A program made the translations under genes and the position numbers. The notes below the pieces were generated by a model, which had not been told where the DNA came from, did no database searches, and was given only the letters and a program-made list of their open reading frames with translations. Of a DNA stretch of 64,000 nucleotides, positions 24,701-37,125 are shown in pieces; within the stretch, counting starts at the first letter, position 1; every line of letters begins with the position of its first letter. The stretch covers positions 3,658,001-3,722,000 of the forward strand of contig NC_043019.1 in the NCBI RefSeq assembly GCF_006345805.1. The letters are read 5' to 3'. Source of the DNA: Octopus sinensis (lineage: Eukaryota).

Positions 24701-25548
24701 TTAATAATGGTAAAATTATTTTACGAAATTCGTCATTGTTTTTAAAATTAATTGAAACAAAGTCAGTATATTTCAGTAGAAATAGGATAACAAAAGGGTT
24801 AAATATAATTTAGAGGGGAGGAAATATCTAGTGTTTATCCCCAAAAGGCAAATAAGATTCAAAAGAAACCTTATGAAAGTCAGTTGAGATGTTAGAAAAA
24901 TTAGCAGAAATAGGGTAACATCCAATATCCTAGAAGAAAGTGAAGTTCTCTGTTGGTGCCATCATTCACAAACTTATAGACCAAATTATTAAGCTGTTGC
25001 TGAGAGAACATCTGTTTGTTTAGATGCTAGCTTTTACCATTTTGATACTTCCTTTCACTCTCTCTCTCTTTCTCTCTCTCACACGAAGGCCAACAGCTCA
25101 AAATGGTTTTTCTCTCACGTCACCTCACAGCAATTGAACTTATTGGAAGCTTTTCTGCAAATTCTCTTATTTGTAGGTTGTTTATAGAAAGCAGCATTAC
25201 ATGAAAAAAATGTTTAAAGCAATACGGAAGGGTTTTAGAAATGGCACAAATTTAAACCAGTGTGGTAGGGTTTTTTATAAATTAAAAGATTTGAAGAAAG
25301 ACTGCTATAAAAATTATTTTTATCCGTTTTATAACTATATTTAACTATTTATGCTTTTTAGTTTCAATTGAGTTTTCAATCTACAGGCATACCTTGACTG
25401 GAGTCATTTTGAGTTTTTGATTTTACATCAGATCTTTGTTTTTTTTTCCCTTCAAAGAAATCAGTTGGAAAAATAAACTTCAGCAAATTATGTCTCAGAA
25501 ATCTAGAAAAATAAGTCTCAGAAAAGATATTTAAAAACTAATACTGTC

Positions 25549-26330
25549 GCAGGAGTGGCTGTGTGGTAAGTAGCTTGCTTACCAACCACATGGATCCGGG
25601 TTCAGTCCCACTGCGTGGCATCTTGGGCAAGTGTCTTCTGCTATAGCCTCGGGCCGACCAATGCCTTGTGAGTGGATTTGGTAGACGGAAACTGAAAGAA
25701 GCCTGTCGTATATATGTATATATATATATATGTGTGTGTCTGTGTTTGTCCCCCTAGCATTGCTTGACAACCGATGCTGGTGTGTTTATATCCCCGTTAT
25801 CTAGCGGTTCGGCAAAAGAGACCGATAGAATAAGTACTGGGCTTACAAAGAATAAGTCCCGGGGTCGATTTGCTCGACTAAAGGTGGTGCTCCAGGATGG
25901 CCGCAGTCAAATGACTGAAACAAGTAAGAGTACTGGAGGTGGAAAATCAAATGAAATACAAGTGAAAATATCTGAGTGCAGAGGAAGTTTGCTTCCTAAC
26001 CATGTGGTTTCAGTCCCACTGTGGCACCTTGGGCGAGTGCCTTCTGCTATAACTCTGGGCAGACCAAAGCTTTGTGAGTAGATTTGGTAGACAGAAACTG
26101 AAAAAAGCCTGTTGCATGTGTGTGTCTTTGTGTCCCGCACCACCACTTGACAATTGGTGTTAGTGTATTTGTGTCCTTGTAACTTAGTGGTTCTACAAAG
26201 AGCCTGATAGAATAAGTACCAGCTTTAGCAAAAAAAAAAAATAAAGTACTGGGGTTGATTAATTTGACTAAAAATTCAAGGCAGTGCTCCAGCATGGCAA
26301 CAGTCTGACTGAAACCAGTAAACTGAGAAT
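25549..26330 (+). mobile_element. two tRNA-derived SINE family A copies in tandem
   Basis: Head GGCTGTGTGG..GGTTCAGTCCC (A/B boxes), internal microsatellite, tail ..CATGGCCGCAGTCAAATGACTGAAACAAGTAA. Confidence 0.85.
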
Positions 26331-27276
26331 AAAAAAATGTACAAACCATTTATCAAAACTTATAAGGTAATAAAGTTAAATTTTTTTTTTGTAATTAAGT
26401 TGCATGTCTTGGCACCAATTAACGACATCAGTGTGTCTGTAATATTTTTGAGGGGGTTTACTAAATATCCAACTTTTGGATATTTAGTATAATATTGGTG
26501 TATATTTAGTATGCTGGGGTTTTATGCTAATTACGTTTCTGATACGCTTTAGGTGAAGCAATCTTGGAAGCGGATTTTATTTTAGGAATGTCTTAATTTT
26601 CATTGACTTTCAAATACTAACAAATGTTAGTGTTTATTTAGTTTCAGTTTTTATTGATATCAAATTCTAGCAAATTAGTACATTAAAAATACATAAAGTA
26701 GTAAACCAGCTCATTTCAATAAACAGTTCTGTAAACAAGTGCAAGGAGACTCTACTTCGTATTGTTTAGCTCTATTTTTACTATTGTACTATTTTTACCT
26801 CTCACATTAAACAATTGTTATGGAAAGTTTGAATCACTTGAGACCAGCAGGAGTGTAGTTATACCCTCTTACTTTGCTTAAAATCTTGTACTACCATCTT
26901 GTAATAGAGAAATCATTTTGTGTTTTACTAAAAGTATATAATTTTCTTTGTTGGTTTCCACTTGAATACTCTAACATGTGTTTAAATTGTTGAGTGTGTA
27001 TGTATGTATGTATGTGTGTATATATGTAGTTTGTGTATATGTAGTTTGTGTATATATGTGTGTGTGTGTATACACATGCATATATAGAGATTATTAGAAT
27101 CTCCCTCCGGTCAAAACCTTGAAGTATGTTGTGTATAAAGAATACCAGTTGTCAAGGTTAATAGTGTAAAATTTAGTGGTGGTGGTGGTGGGTATTTTAG
27201 GATGCAGGCATACCACATGTCCCATGTGGTTAATAAGTTTGCCACCATGTGGTTTTCGGTCCAGTCTTATTTTTTT

Positions 27277-27505
27277 CTATTTCTTTACTACCCACTAGGG
27301 GCTAAACACAGAGGAGACAAACAAGGACAGACAGATTAAGTCGATTATATTGACCCCGGTGTGTAACTGGTACTTAATTTATCGACCCCGAAAGGATGAA
27401 AGGCAAAGTCAACCTCGGCGGAATTTGAACTCGGAACGTAACGGCAGACGAAATACGGCTACACATTTCGCCCGGTGTGTTAGCGATTCTGCCAGCTCGC
27501 TGCCT
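27277..27505 (-). mobile_element. SINE family B monomer
   Basis: As above; another minus copy at about 24170-24402. Confidence 0.85.
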
Positions 27506-28313
27506 TATTTTTACGGGATATATTTCTATTAGTCTGAGAATTATGGAAGTGTTGTAGATTAGAAACTTCAGGTGTGTGGTCTGTGTGTTGGCATGGTATG
27601 ACCAAATTTGATGTCTGGAACTAAAGTGCTCTCTTTGGGTTGCAGCTCTTCATTTTGACTTGGCCTTAACTCTTTAGCATTTGGATTACTTTATCAAATG
27701 CTTATTTATTCAGTGTTTTTAATTAATTATGCATTGTCTTGTAGCTGTGGGATTTTAATGATGTGGCTGTTTATTTTTAGAGTAACATTGTAGAGTAAAA
27801 TGTCTGGATGATTTGAATATAAAAATTTTGGGCCAGATATATCCACTTCAAAGCATTTGTCCCCATTATTTTAACCCTTTAGCATTTGAAGATGGTGTCC
27901 TAGAACGGCTGTACTCTTAACACTGGAAACAGTAAAGAATAACAGAATTTTAAATCTATTTCTTTTCTGATGTTATAGGTCTGTCATTTAACCCTTTCAT
28001 ACCCACATGCCCGAAATATAACTGCTTTAGAATAAACTTTATTAAGCTAGGTGTTTGAAAACAGTGATCGATTTTTAATTGAATTATGAACATTTTAAAA
28101 ACAGTGGAAGCTTATAAAACAAAAAAAAATACAGGCAATGCAGATTGGTACGAAAAGGAATTAACTAGCCATATGATTTTGTGGCTCCTGGTCTATTGTA
28201 TCTACACTATTTCTGTGTAATTAATATTTGATATAGTGAAATCTGGAAGGCAAGGAAACTGGTGATGGTCTGCAACAGAAGAAAAACATCAAAGATAGGT
28301 AGTTTGTATAGGA

Positions 28314-28760
28314 TAGTGGCTCTTAACTGGGGTTCATTATAAGATTTTGTTGTTAAAATATGTGTAATAAACTGCTTAATCTTCTATAATACACAATGTT
28401 TTAACCATTTTTTTTATACAATTCCTAAAAACATTTAAACTGGTTGTATCTGGCCTGAAATTTTCTGCTTTATGTTGAAACCGACCAGACCTTGCCTCTC
28501 AGATCTACCTAACGATGTCAGTCAAAGCATAAACATTCACATCATTGAAATTGCGAAGCCATGAGATAATGTATAATTAATTCAAATCGGTGTGAATGAA
28601 TGTGTTACATTTGACAGAATAATCTGAATGCTAAAGGGTTAATTATAGAAATACAATAGGATTTTTTTTGTCTTTATATACGTCGAATGGCTGTGGTGAT
28701 CCAGTAGAATAAAAGAGGAATCAAAGAGATCCATAGCCAAAATATGGTTGAGAAGCACTG
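28314..28760. mobile_element. hAT-type MITE with a nested family-2 MITE
   Basis: TAGTGGCTCTTAACTGGGG..GGTTGAGAAGCACTG; body shared with the other copies. Confidence 0.65.
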
Positions 28761-28883
28761 GTGAAGAGTATAGATCTTGTCGTTTTGGGGGTTCTTGGCC
28801 TTTCACCTGAGAGTAAGAGAGGAAAGAATACTGCTTTTGTTTGGACTTAATTTTGAGCTTACTAAGAAAAGGCTTGGTATTTT

Positions 28884-29104
28884 AGGCAGTGAACTGAGCA
28901 GGCTGGGCGAAATGCTTAGCGGTATTTCGTCTGCCGCTATGTTCTGAGTTCAAATTCCACCAAGGTCGACTTTGCTTTTTGTCCTTTTGTGGTCGATAAA
29001 TTAAGTGCCAGTTACGCACTGGGGTCGATGTAATCGACTCAATCCCTTTGTCTGTCCTTGTTTGTCCTCTCTGTGTTTAGCCCCTTGTGCGTAGTAAAGA
29101 AACA
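28884..29104 (+). mobile_element. SINE family B monomer
   Basis: As above, flanked by the repeat ggtattttaggc. Confidence 0.8.
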
Positions 29105-29315
29105 GGTATTTTAGGCTCGCTTCACTTGGCATCACAAATGAATATTGATCTTAAACCTTAATATTTGATATTTATTGAGTTACTTTGAATATTTTCTTCC
29201 ATGAAAGAATAACGCCCTACTTTTGTTACTAATTGATGTTGAATCATTACAACAAAGCTGATACAATCTCGTCAATTTTTCACTCTGATTAGCTTGGAAT
29301 TGGTTTATTCGTACA

Positions 29316-29701
29316 CTAGCAGTATCGCCCGGCGTTGCTCGGGTTTGTTTCGACCATTTAGAATTGGAATTTTTGAAAAGTAAAAATTTTGCATTATGTA
29401 GCTTGTTATTCTCTTTAAGTGAACATTTTTCTGGTAGAAATACACTGAAAAATGGTGACATAGCAGTCAAAAAATCGTAGGGATTTTTATAGAAAAAAAA
29501 GCACCTTTTTGATGTAAACAATTTTTTGTGTTAACATGGTCCGATTTGAATTTTTTCTTCTATGGAAGGAAGAGCAAGCCTTCTTCTTTCATACTCTCAA
29601 TTTTGGTCAACTTGCGCTGCAGGGTCTCGGAGAAGATAGTGTTAGTTGAAGGCTACCAAACCTGCCACACACAGACAACTTCAGCTTTATATATAGAGAG
29701 A
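29316..29701 (-). mobile_element. non-autonomous Helitron, family A-type ends
   Basis: Minus strand starts TC and ends with hairpin CCCGAGC-AAC-GCCGGG plus CTAG; inserted between A and T without a TSD. Confidence 0.8.
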
Positions 29702-30183
29702 TATACAAAACGCATTTTTCTCTTAAAAGCAGAATTGCTTCTACCAGATCCTCTTAGCTCTTAATCCTGTCGCACTGTATTACTGTTAATTTTGGGAATA
29801 GTTTAAATGTCATCTCTGCCAGATTCCTAGTGAAGCGGCAATGAACAACATGCGTAGAAAAAGACGCAGTTGACTCTGCAATTGTTACTCTTGAGCTGTA
29901 TATGCAACTATTTCTTTTGCTCAGGAGCCTAGATGGGAGGGTAAAGTTGGGCACAGGTCTGAGAGGGTTAAATCTAATTTAGAGCACAGTCAAATTATAC
30001 CAGATTTAGTCAGGTGTATTTTTACTGATTACTACTACTCTGTAATTGTCTGAAACTCTGATACCCCATTCCTGGTTAGGAATGTCCTCTGATATTCTCT
30101 CACGGCTTCTGGTTGAACTCCTGTAAGCGTTACACAAATTATATACAGATAAATGAAACATTTGGATCTGAGTTAAATCTTCA

Positions 30184-30382
30184 TTACTCTTTTGTTTCAG
30201 TCATTTGACTGCGGCCATGCTGGAGCACCGCCTTTAATCGAACAACTCGACCCCGGGACTTATTCTTTGTAAGCCCAGTACTTATTCTATCGGTCTCTTT
30301 TGCCGAACTGCTAAGTGACGGGGACGTAAACACACCAGCATCGGTTGTCAAGCAATGCTAGGGGGACAAACACAGACACACA

Positions 30383-30439
<57 letters not shown>

Positions 30440-30965
30440 GAGCTTCTTTCAGTTTCCATCTACCAAATCCACTCACAAGGCTTTGGTCGGCCTGAGGCTA
30501 TAGTAGAAGACACTTGCCCAAGATGCCACGCAGTGGGACTGAACCTGGAACCATGTGGTTGGTAAGCAAGCTACTTACCACACAGCCACTCCTGCGCCTA
30601 TTGTATAATTTGTTAGCATGGCTGTGTGGTTAAGAAAGAAGCTTGCTCTGCAACCACATGGTTTCAGGTTCAGTCCTACTGTTCGGTACTTTGAGTAAAT
30701 GACATCTGCCTAAAGACCCAAGCTAGACAATGTTTTGTGAGTGAATTTGGTAGATGGAAACTCTGAAAGTCAGTTGTGTTTATATAGGTGTTTGTGTCCT
30801 CTGCTGACTGTGTAGCAACTTGAGTTGGTTTATTTATGTCTATGTAATTTAGTTTTTGCCAAAATAGACTGATAAAGTACCAGATTTAAAATCGGAAACA
30901 TAAGTACCGAGGTTGATTCTCTTTCTCCTCCTTTCAAGATGACTGTCCAGTGACTGAAAAAAGAA
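30184..30965. mobile_element. SINE A (minus, 30184-30599) head-to-head with an older plus copy (30615-30965)
   Basis: Family A consensus in both orientations. Confidence 0.8.
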
Positions 30966-31059
30966 AAAAAAGGTTATATTTATCTTGGGGGCTCAAGGTG
31001 TGAACCATTTTAGCTCTTATGAGATACCAGAGGAGCTTAATAATGTTATCTTCTCTTAA

Positions 31060-31279
31060 CCCTTTTGTTACCATATTTCTGTTGAGATGCTCTTTGTTTC
31101 TTTCAATTAATTTTAAATATAACGAAGAATTCGTAAAATAACTTAGTTATCATTAAGCTAGTGTTAGGAACATAATTGTGACTAAGGTTTGGTGGAAGAT
31201 TTTAATTCAGAACTTTTGAAAACAAGACATTTGTACTACAGAGCCAGAGGCGGTTTCAGGCGGGTTGGTATCAAAAGGG
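31060..31279 (+). mobile_element. MITE family 1 monomer (220 bp)
   Basis: CCCTTTTGTTAC..GTATCAAAAGGG termini, TTAA on both sides. Confidence 0.88.
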
Positions 31280-31836
31280 TTAATGTTCCCTATTCGTGAT
31301 GCCACTTACTTTATTTATCCAATTTGATTGGAATCATTTTTCTTAATTTGACATGAGTTTATTTCTGTTATTGTCACCTAATTAACTTATAACATTGTCA
31401 GTCGGAGATTGAAGTAGATTAAAATAATTTTAATTCAAGATAAGTCTCTCTCAATTCCAATAATTTTGCCAGCAATGGTGGATAGTGACTTATTGACTTA
31501 GTGTAATTCAGTTTTGTGTCCTTATGATGAAATCTTCCCCAGGTTGCATTAACCTTTCCATTCTTCTGGGTGGGCTTGAAACAAATCCCAATCTTCTACT
31601 CCTATCCCTTAAGGTATGTAGCCCTGGGCAAATGATATTATTTGTCAATTACTGCATTGGTTTGTATTTGTGAAAGTTGTATAGGATGATTAAAATACAT
31701 ATTGATAATCCCTAATTCTTACCCACCCTCACTTGTGCAATGTATTAAAGACTGTTGAGAATTATAATTAAATATTGATATTTGGCTATAGTTTTGTCTT
31801 TTCTTGTAAGGAGTCGCCATTTTATTTAAATTTTAG

Positions 31837-31911
31837 GTAATGCGATATCCTCAAGCAGATACCAACCCTATGACAGGGACTCCATATTTACCACAAGGAA
31901 GAGCAAATAAG
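31837..31911 (+). CDS. pum: pum exon (75 nt, phase 0-0): VMRYPQADTNPMTGTPYLPQGRANK; the ATG at 31840 is a possible start
   Basis: ttttag|GTAATG acceptor, AAG|gtaagg donor; in frame with the next exon. Confidence 0.8.
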
Positions 31912-32080
31912 GTAAGGATATCTCGAGTAGAGCCTTACTCGACCACATAGGGCTGTGAAGTAAATTACTTGTAACTTGGTTCTCCTTAAAATGTTGTTTT
32001 CCCCCCTCCTCCTAGTAAAAAAAAATTAATCTTTCATTGGTTGTGGCTCAGCTAGGATGCCAACATTAGATTGGTTTATT

Positions 32081-32283
32081 TCGCCAGCCTCGTCTGGCAC
32101 CTGTGTCTGTGGCACATAAAAAGCACCCACTACACTCACGGAGTGGTTGGCATTAGGAAGGGCATCCAGCCGTAGAAACACTGCCAGATCAGACTGGGCC
32201 TGGTGCAGCCTTCTGGCTTCACAGACCCCAGTTGAACCGTCCAACCCATGCTAGCATGGAAAGCGGACATTAAACGATGATGA
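32081..32283 (+). mobile_element. family C retroposon, 5'-truncated
   Basis: As above; near-identical copy at 47190-47407. Confidence 0.8.
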
Positions 32284-34044
32284 TATATTTGTAGTCAGAT
32301 CCAACTTGATGGTGGTTCAGATCCAGATCAGCCCGATCCCTCCAGCACGATTGACGTGTAACCATCCATTCTTTATTCAGCTGTACTATGCTATCCACTG
32401 TCTCCTTTTAAAATAGTACTAAGATATGAGAGAGATTTGGCTGTTAGTTGATGTTGATCATCTGATGTATAGACCCCTTCATTGGCTCTTTGTTGATGTA
32501 GTGTCACTGATTTGCAAGTTCAAACTCCACTACATCCCTGTTATGTGGCCTTTGTGTTCTACGTCTTGCAACTATCTATTCATGTTATGCATGTTGTGGA
32601 CTTTGTGTGTACTCTGTCTTGGAATTAGCTCTTTCAATTCCCTTTCAGTTCTTTGGCTTTTGAATTTTATTTCCTTGAATTATCTGTCCTGTGGCTTTTG
32701 AGTTCCATGTCTTAGACTTAGTTATTAATATTCTGTTGCCTTTAAATTCTTTGGATTTTTTTTTTTTTAGTTTTATATTTTAAAATTAACTATCCACAGA
32801 CAGTCTTTCAACAGACCTGGAGTTGAGAGGATACATGTTATGAGGTTGTGAACAACAGCAAAAGGACTTTGCCAAACCTAGCAGGATTGATTGATAAATT
32901 GATTAATCAAGCAATCAATTAGTTAATTGGGTTAACTGTTAATTAATTAATTATCCACACTTTTCCTTGTTGTAAATATTTCTCATTGTTTCCATTTCAT
33001 AATTTCCATCATCAATTTATATTTTTAAGTGACGCAAGAAGAAAAATTGAGAATGTATTTGATATGAAGTAGGGCCTGAGAGGTTTTGTACAGCGAAAAT
33101 TTATCAACATTGAAAAGCAATAGCTTCCAAACCTCATGGTTCCACTGTGTGGAATGTCAGGCAAATGTCTTCTATAGCTCTGCGCTGACCGATGGAAACT
33201 GAAAGAAACCTGTTTATGTCTCCTTGTCTTGACATCGTATGATAGTTATGAGTGTTTCTGTGATAGTCTTCTTCATTTCTGAAATTCTGTGAAAACCTTC
33301 CAGCCATGGTGGAAAACAGGATCGCTTACAGGAAGGGCATCTGGTCATAGAAAATCTGCTTCAGTAAAACTCCATTTGACCCCTGCATGCCTGAAAAAGT
33401 GGATGTTAAAATGATTTAAACTTAAGAAGTTTTTCTTCAAAAGTTAGTGGCTGTAAAAGGTTTTGTCATCAGACAATGCGTTTCCATAGCATTCTCTCAG
33501 AAAATGTAATATTACCAGTTTTCATGATCAAACCCCTGTGGAACTTTGAACTACATCTATTTTTATCAATCTGAGTGGGCGGCTTGTGATGGTCTTGGGG
33601 GACAGCAAACCTTACTCCACACCAATTAAATTGCACGGTCCAGTTCACTAATTACATAACTATAACATCGCTGTGTTTTCTTGACCCTTTTGATACCAAC
33701 CTGCCTGGGACCATCTCTATAATACAAATTTCCTGTTATAAGTTTATCTAAATTCAACTTTTCATTAAATTTCATGTAAATTTATGTTGCAAAACTCAGC
33801 TTAACGAATGGCAAAGTTATTTTACTAAATCCTTTATTTTCAAAATTGAGACAAAGGGAATGTATTTGGCAAGAAATATATTTAAAAAAAGGGTTTTAGG
33901 TCATGTAGGTGCTTTTTCACATTTGTAGAAATAATTGTGAATTTTCTTTTAAATTGTAATTCTTTCAATCTAGATCTAATATTTTATTTTTTGTGAAGTA
34001 TACTGATGATGATGATGATGATGATAATCTCTTTTCTTCATTAG

Positions 34045-34162
34045 ATGAATGCACACAAGAAAATATGGGATGTTGAAGATGATGGTAAGAGTCAAGAAGC
34101 AAACAAGGGTATTTTTTCAAGTAGCCCTTGGACACCACGTGATAACACCTGGAGCACTGCAG
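34045..34162 (+). CDS. pum: pum exon (118 nt): MNAHKKIWDVEDDGKSQEANKGIFSSSPWTPRDNTWSTA
   Basis: ttcattag|ATG acceptor, GCAG|gttag donor; resembles PUM1 KKFWETDE..KGIF..WRDSAWGT. Confidence 0.93.
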
Positions 34163-34559
34163 GTTAGATTTATCTTTATATGTACACACACCCATTATAA
34201 TCTTATTTTATTGCTTTGAAAGCAACTGTTCACTAATTTCTTTTCAGTATTTCCATGATTGTCTATAGGTGTCCCAAGACTGTGGTTAGGGATAAACCAA
34301 AGAAGACTTTGTATGCTGTATTTATACAGCATACTAAAAACTCAAGGACCTGTAGAAAGATTGAAGCAGTCTGCATGTTTGTTTCTCCCTGGTTATAGTT
34401 GTGTTGTGAAGGGGTTTGCCTCCCAGCCATGTAGTTCCCTGGCTTAATTGCTCTGAGTAGCAAGTTGAGCGAATCTTCTGTCATAGCCCTTTTGGATTGG
34501 TCAATATCTTTGCAAGCAGCATTTAGAAATTGTGCTGGAAGCCCACAATAGTGTGTGTG

Positions 34560-34915
34560 TGAGTGTGCGCATTGCCATTGAGAATTCATGGAAGAAGTTT
34601 TGTGGGAATATGTGGATTTCACAAGCGGTCCCCAACAACCCCGCATGCAGAGACATCCTGTTTGCCGCAGATTGTCCGCAGACACAGGGACTGAACGACC
34701 GAGGAGCCGCCGGTTGCCGAAACAGACACTCCGAGGATTTTCACCAGAGCTCCGTCTGCCGGGTTGTGGCCCTAGTACCACTTGGTGTCAGACCAATCTG
34801 CCTTGGGTGGCCCTACCAGGAACCGAAGTTCCCCGACGCCATAGCTCTGACACTACCCGTTGCCAGCGTCCCCACCACAGTGAGGAGGGGATGAACTTTG
34901 GGGACGTGTGTGTCC
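34560..34915 (-). mobile_element. RTE/BovB-like LINE 5' region (structured UTR)
   Basis: GC-rich island; the minus strand has GGGCCACCCAAG..GTCTGACA..GTGGT, a motif I recall from BovB 5' ends (not verified). Confidence 0.5.
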
Positions 34916-35381
34916 CCCTTATTTGAATTCTGTTTGTGCATGATTTGCCTTTCATCCTTTCGGGGTCGATAAATTAAGTACCAGTTACGCACTGGGGTCG
35001 ATGTAATTGACTTAATCCGTTTGTCTGTCCTTGTTTGTCCTCTGTGTTTAGCCCCTTGTGGGTAGTAAAGAAACAGGTATATGTGTCTGTGGAATACTCA
35101 CTCAAGCCACTTGTATGTTAATTTCACGAGCAGGCTGTTCCGTTGGTCGGATCAACTGGAATGCCCGTTGTAATCAATGGAGTGCCAGTGGTGGGTGTTC
35201 AAATGTTCCTGGTTTTGGGTAAAAGAAAATACAGGAGGATCAGTTAATTAGGATATTATTCAACATATCCCCTCTCAGATTCACACTCTTATTGTAAGGG
35301 CCCTTCAGTTTCTCTAAGTCCTGCATAAAAAAACAAAAAACAATTTGGAACGTTGGGCCTCTAACCAGGCCCTTTGTGATA

Positions 35382-35798
35382 CCTATTTCTTTACTACCCA
35401 CAAGGGGCTAAACACAGAGGGGACAAACAAGGACAGACAAATGGATTGAATCGATTATATCAAATCCAGTGCGTAACTGGTACTTATTTAATCGAACCCG
35501 AAAGGATGAAAAGCAAAGTCGACCTCGGCGGAATTTGAACTCAGAACGCAACTCTGGCGAAATACCTATTTCTTTACTACCCACAAGGGGCTAAACACAG
35601 AGGGGATAAACAAGGACAGACAAACGGATTAAGTCGATTACATCGACCCCAGTGCATAACTGGTACTTATTTAATCGACCCCGAAAGGATGAAAGGCAAA
35701 GTCGACCTCTGTGGAATTTGAACTCAGAACATAACGGCAGACGAAATTACTGCTAAGCTTTTCGCTCGGTGTGCTACCGTTTCTGCCAGCTTGCCGCC
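35382..35798 (-). mobile_element. SINE family B dimer
   Basis: Two units joined at GGTATTTC; TSD ttgtgata (35374-81, 35799-806). Confidence 0.85.
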
Positions 35799-36095
35799 TT
35801 GTGATAACCTTAAAGCCAGGAACGATTCAGAACCCTTTTGCATTTGTGTGTGTGTATGGTGGGTGGGAAGGAGGGTGCGAGCTAAAGATAGCATGTCTTG
35901 CACATGAATCACCCAAGTTTAGTGCCACCCCATGCACTTTCTTCATAACTTAGTTTTTGTGTGAAATTTTGGGTTTCAAGAGAGAATTTGTGTACACACA
36001 CACATACAATCGTGTGTGAGTGTAGATATATTTATCTCAGAAGTAAGCCAGGAGAGTCAGTAATTTTGTATGCTTTTTTTTTTCTCTCCCTCTAG

Positions 36096-36286
36096 ATCAT
36101 ACTGTATCTCAGCCATTAAGTGTTGTTCAAAGGCGTGCCAGTAGTTTTACTAACAATGAAGTGAACAGTGTACTTTCTCCTCGTTCAGAAACCAATGCCC
36201 TTGGTGTAAATATGGTGGAATATGTGTTAAACAGTTCCCCGACAGGAAAAGATCTTAACCCTAGAATGAATAGATTAAAAAATTTT
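36096..36286 (+). CDS. pum: pum exon (191 nt): [64 protein letters not shown] (first conserved N-terminal motif)
   Basis: Polypyrimidine tract-tctag acceptor, TTT|gtaagt donor; strong match to PUM1 [38 protein letters not shown]. Confidence 0.97.
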
Positions 36287-36946
36287 GTAAGTATATTTTA
36301 TCTTTAACCCTTTTGTTACCATATTTCTGTTATATATTCTGCCTTTGTTTCAATTAAGTTTTAAGATAATGAAGTATTTAGTAAAATAACTTTGTAATTA
36401 TCAAGCTGGGGTCTGGAATAATTTAGTATAAATTTTTGATGGAAGATTATAATTTAGATGGATCTTTTCAGCAGTTTTTTTCTAGCGGTGTCATATGAAA
36501 TTGTCACCCATAATTATGATCCTAGTATCGATCTATTGCATTTCAATCTGTTTTAGGGGTGGGGGAAGGGTATCTTTTTTTTTTCAGCAATGTAAATAAA
36601 CCCAATCTGTTTCTTAAATGAGGGACATATTCATACGGCACAGAATGTTTTCACCTCAATTAGACGTCATTGATTGGCTGAAATTGCAGAAATTGAAGAA
36701 AAAACAAACAACAAATATCTTACAAACTAATCTGAGATTAGACATTTAATCCAAAGCAATGTAGAAAAATATTACATTTGACAGGTAATCCGAATGCTAA
36801 AAATTTAAATGAAATTTTTAAAAAGTGGTATATAGGGATGGAGGTGGGGAGAGCAAAGAAGAAAAATTCCTTGAAAATTACTAGAAACTGGAAATATGAA
36901 ATGCAAATTTTAAGAAATTAAAAGATTTTTGTTTTGGTAGATATAG

Positions 36947-37125
36947 GGGCAAAAGGTCATCAGTTTGGCAGTGGAGGCTGCAGAACTTGCCTCGAGATGA
37001 TTATGGATGCAGAGTTGCAAACCCTGGAAAGGACAGTGTAATGAGGTAACTCAGCTGGTGCTTGATCTACCCCGGTTGGGTTGCCTAGGTAACTGTGTCA
37101 GATGTTGAAAGATGTTGTGCACCTA
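36947..37125 (+). mobile_element. degraded HERO-like (restriction-like endonuclease) non-LTR element, 3' end
   Basis: Plus frame EAAELASR*LW..KPW resembles the EAAE.ASRWLW C-terminus, followed by ccccggttgggttgcct..gatgttgaaaga; match is from memory. Confidence 0.45.

Noticed and set aside
34800-34915. HDV-like ribozyme assignment
   Set aside because: P3/L3 cannot be placed between P2 and P1 with the right lengths and J4/2 would be too long; kept only as an unclassified structure.
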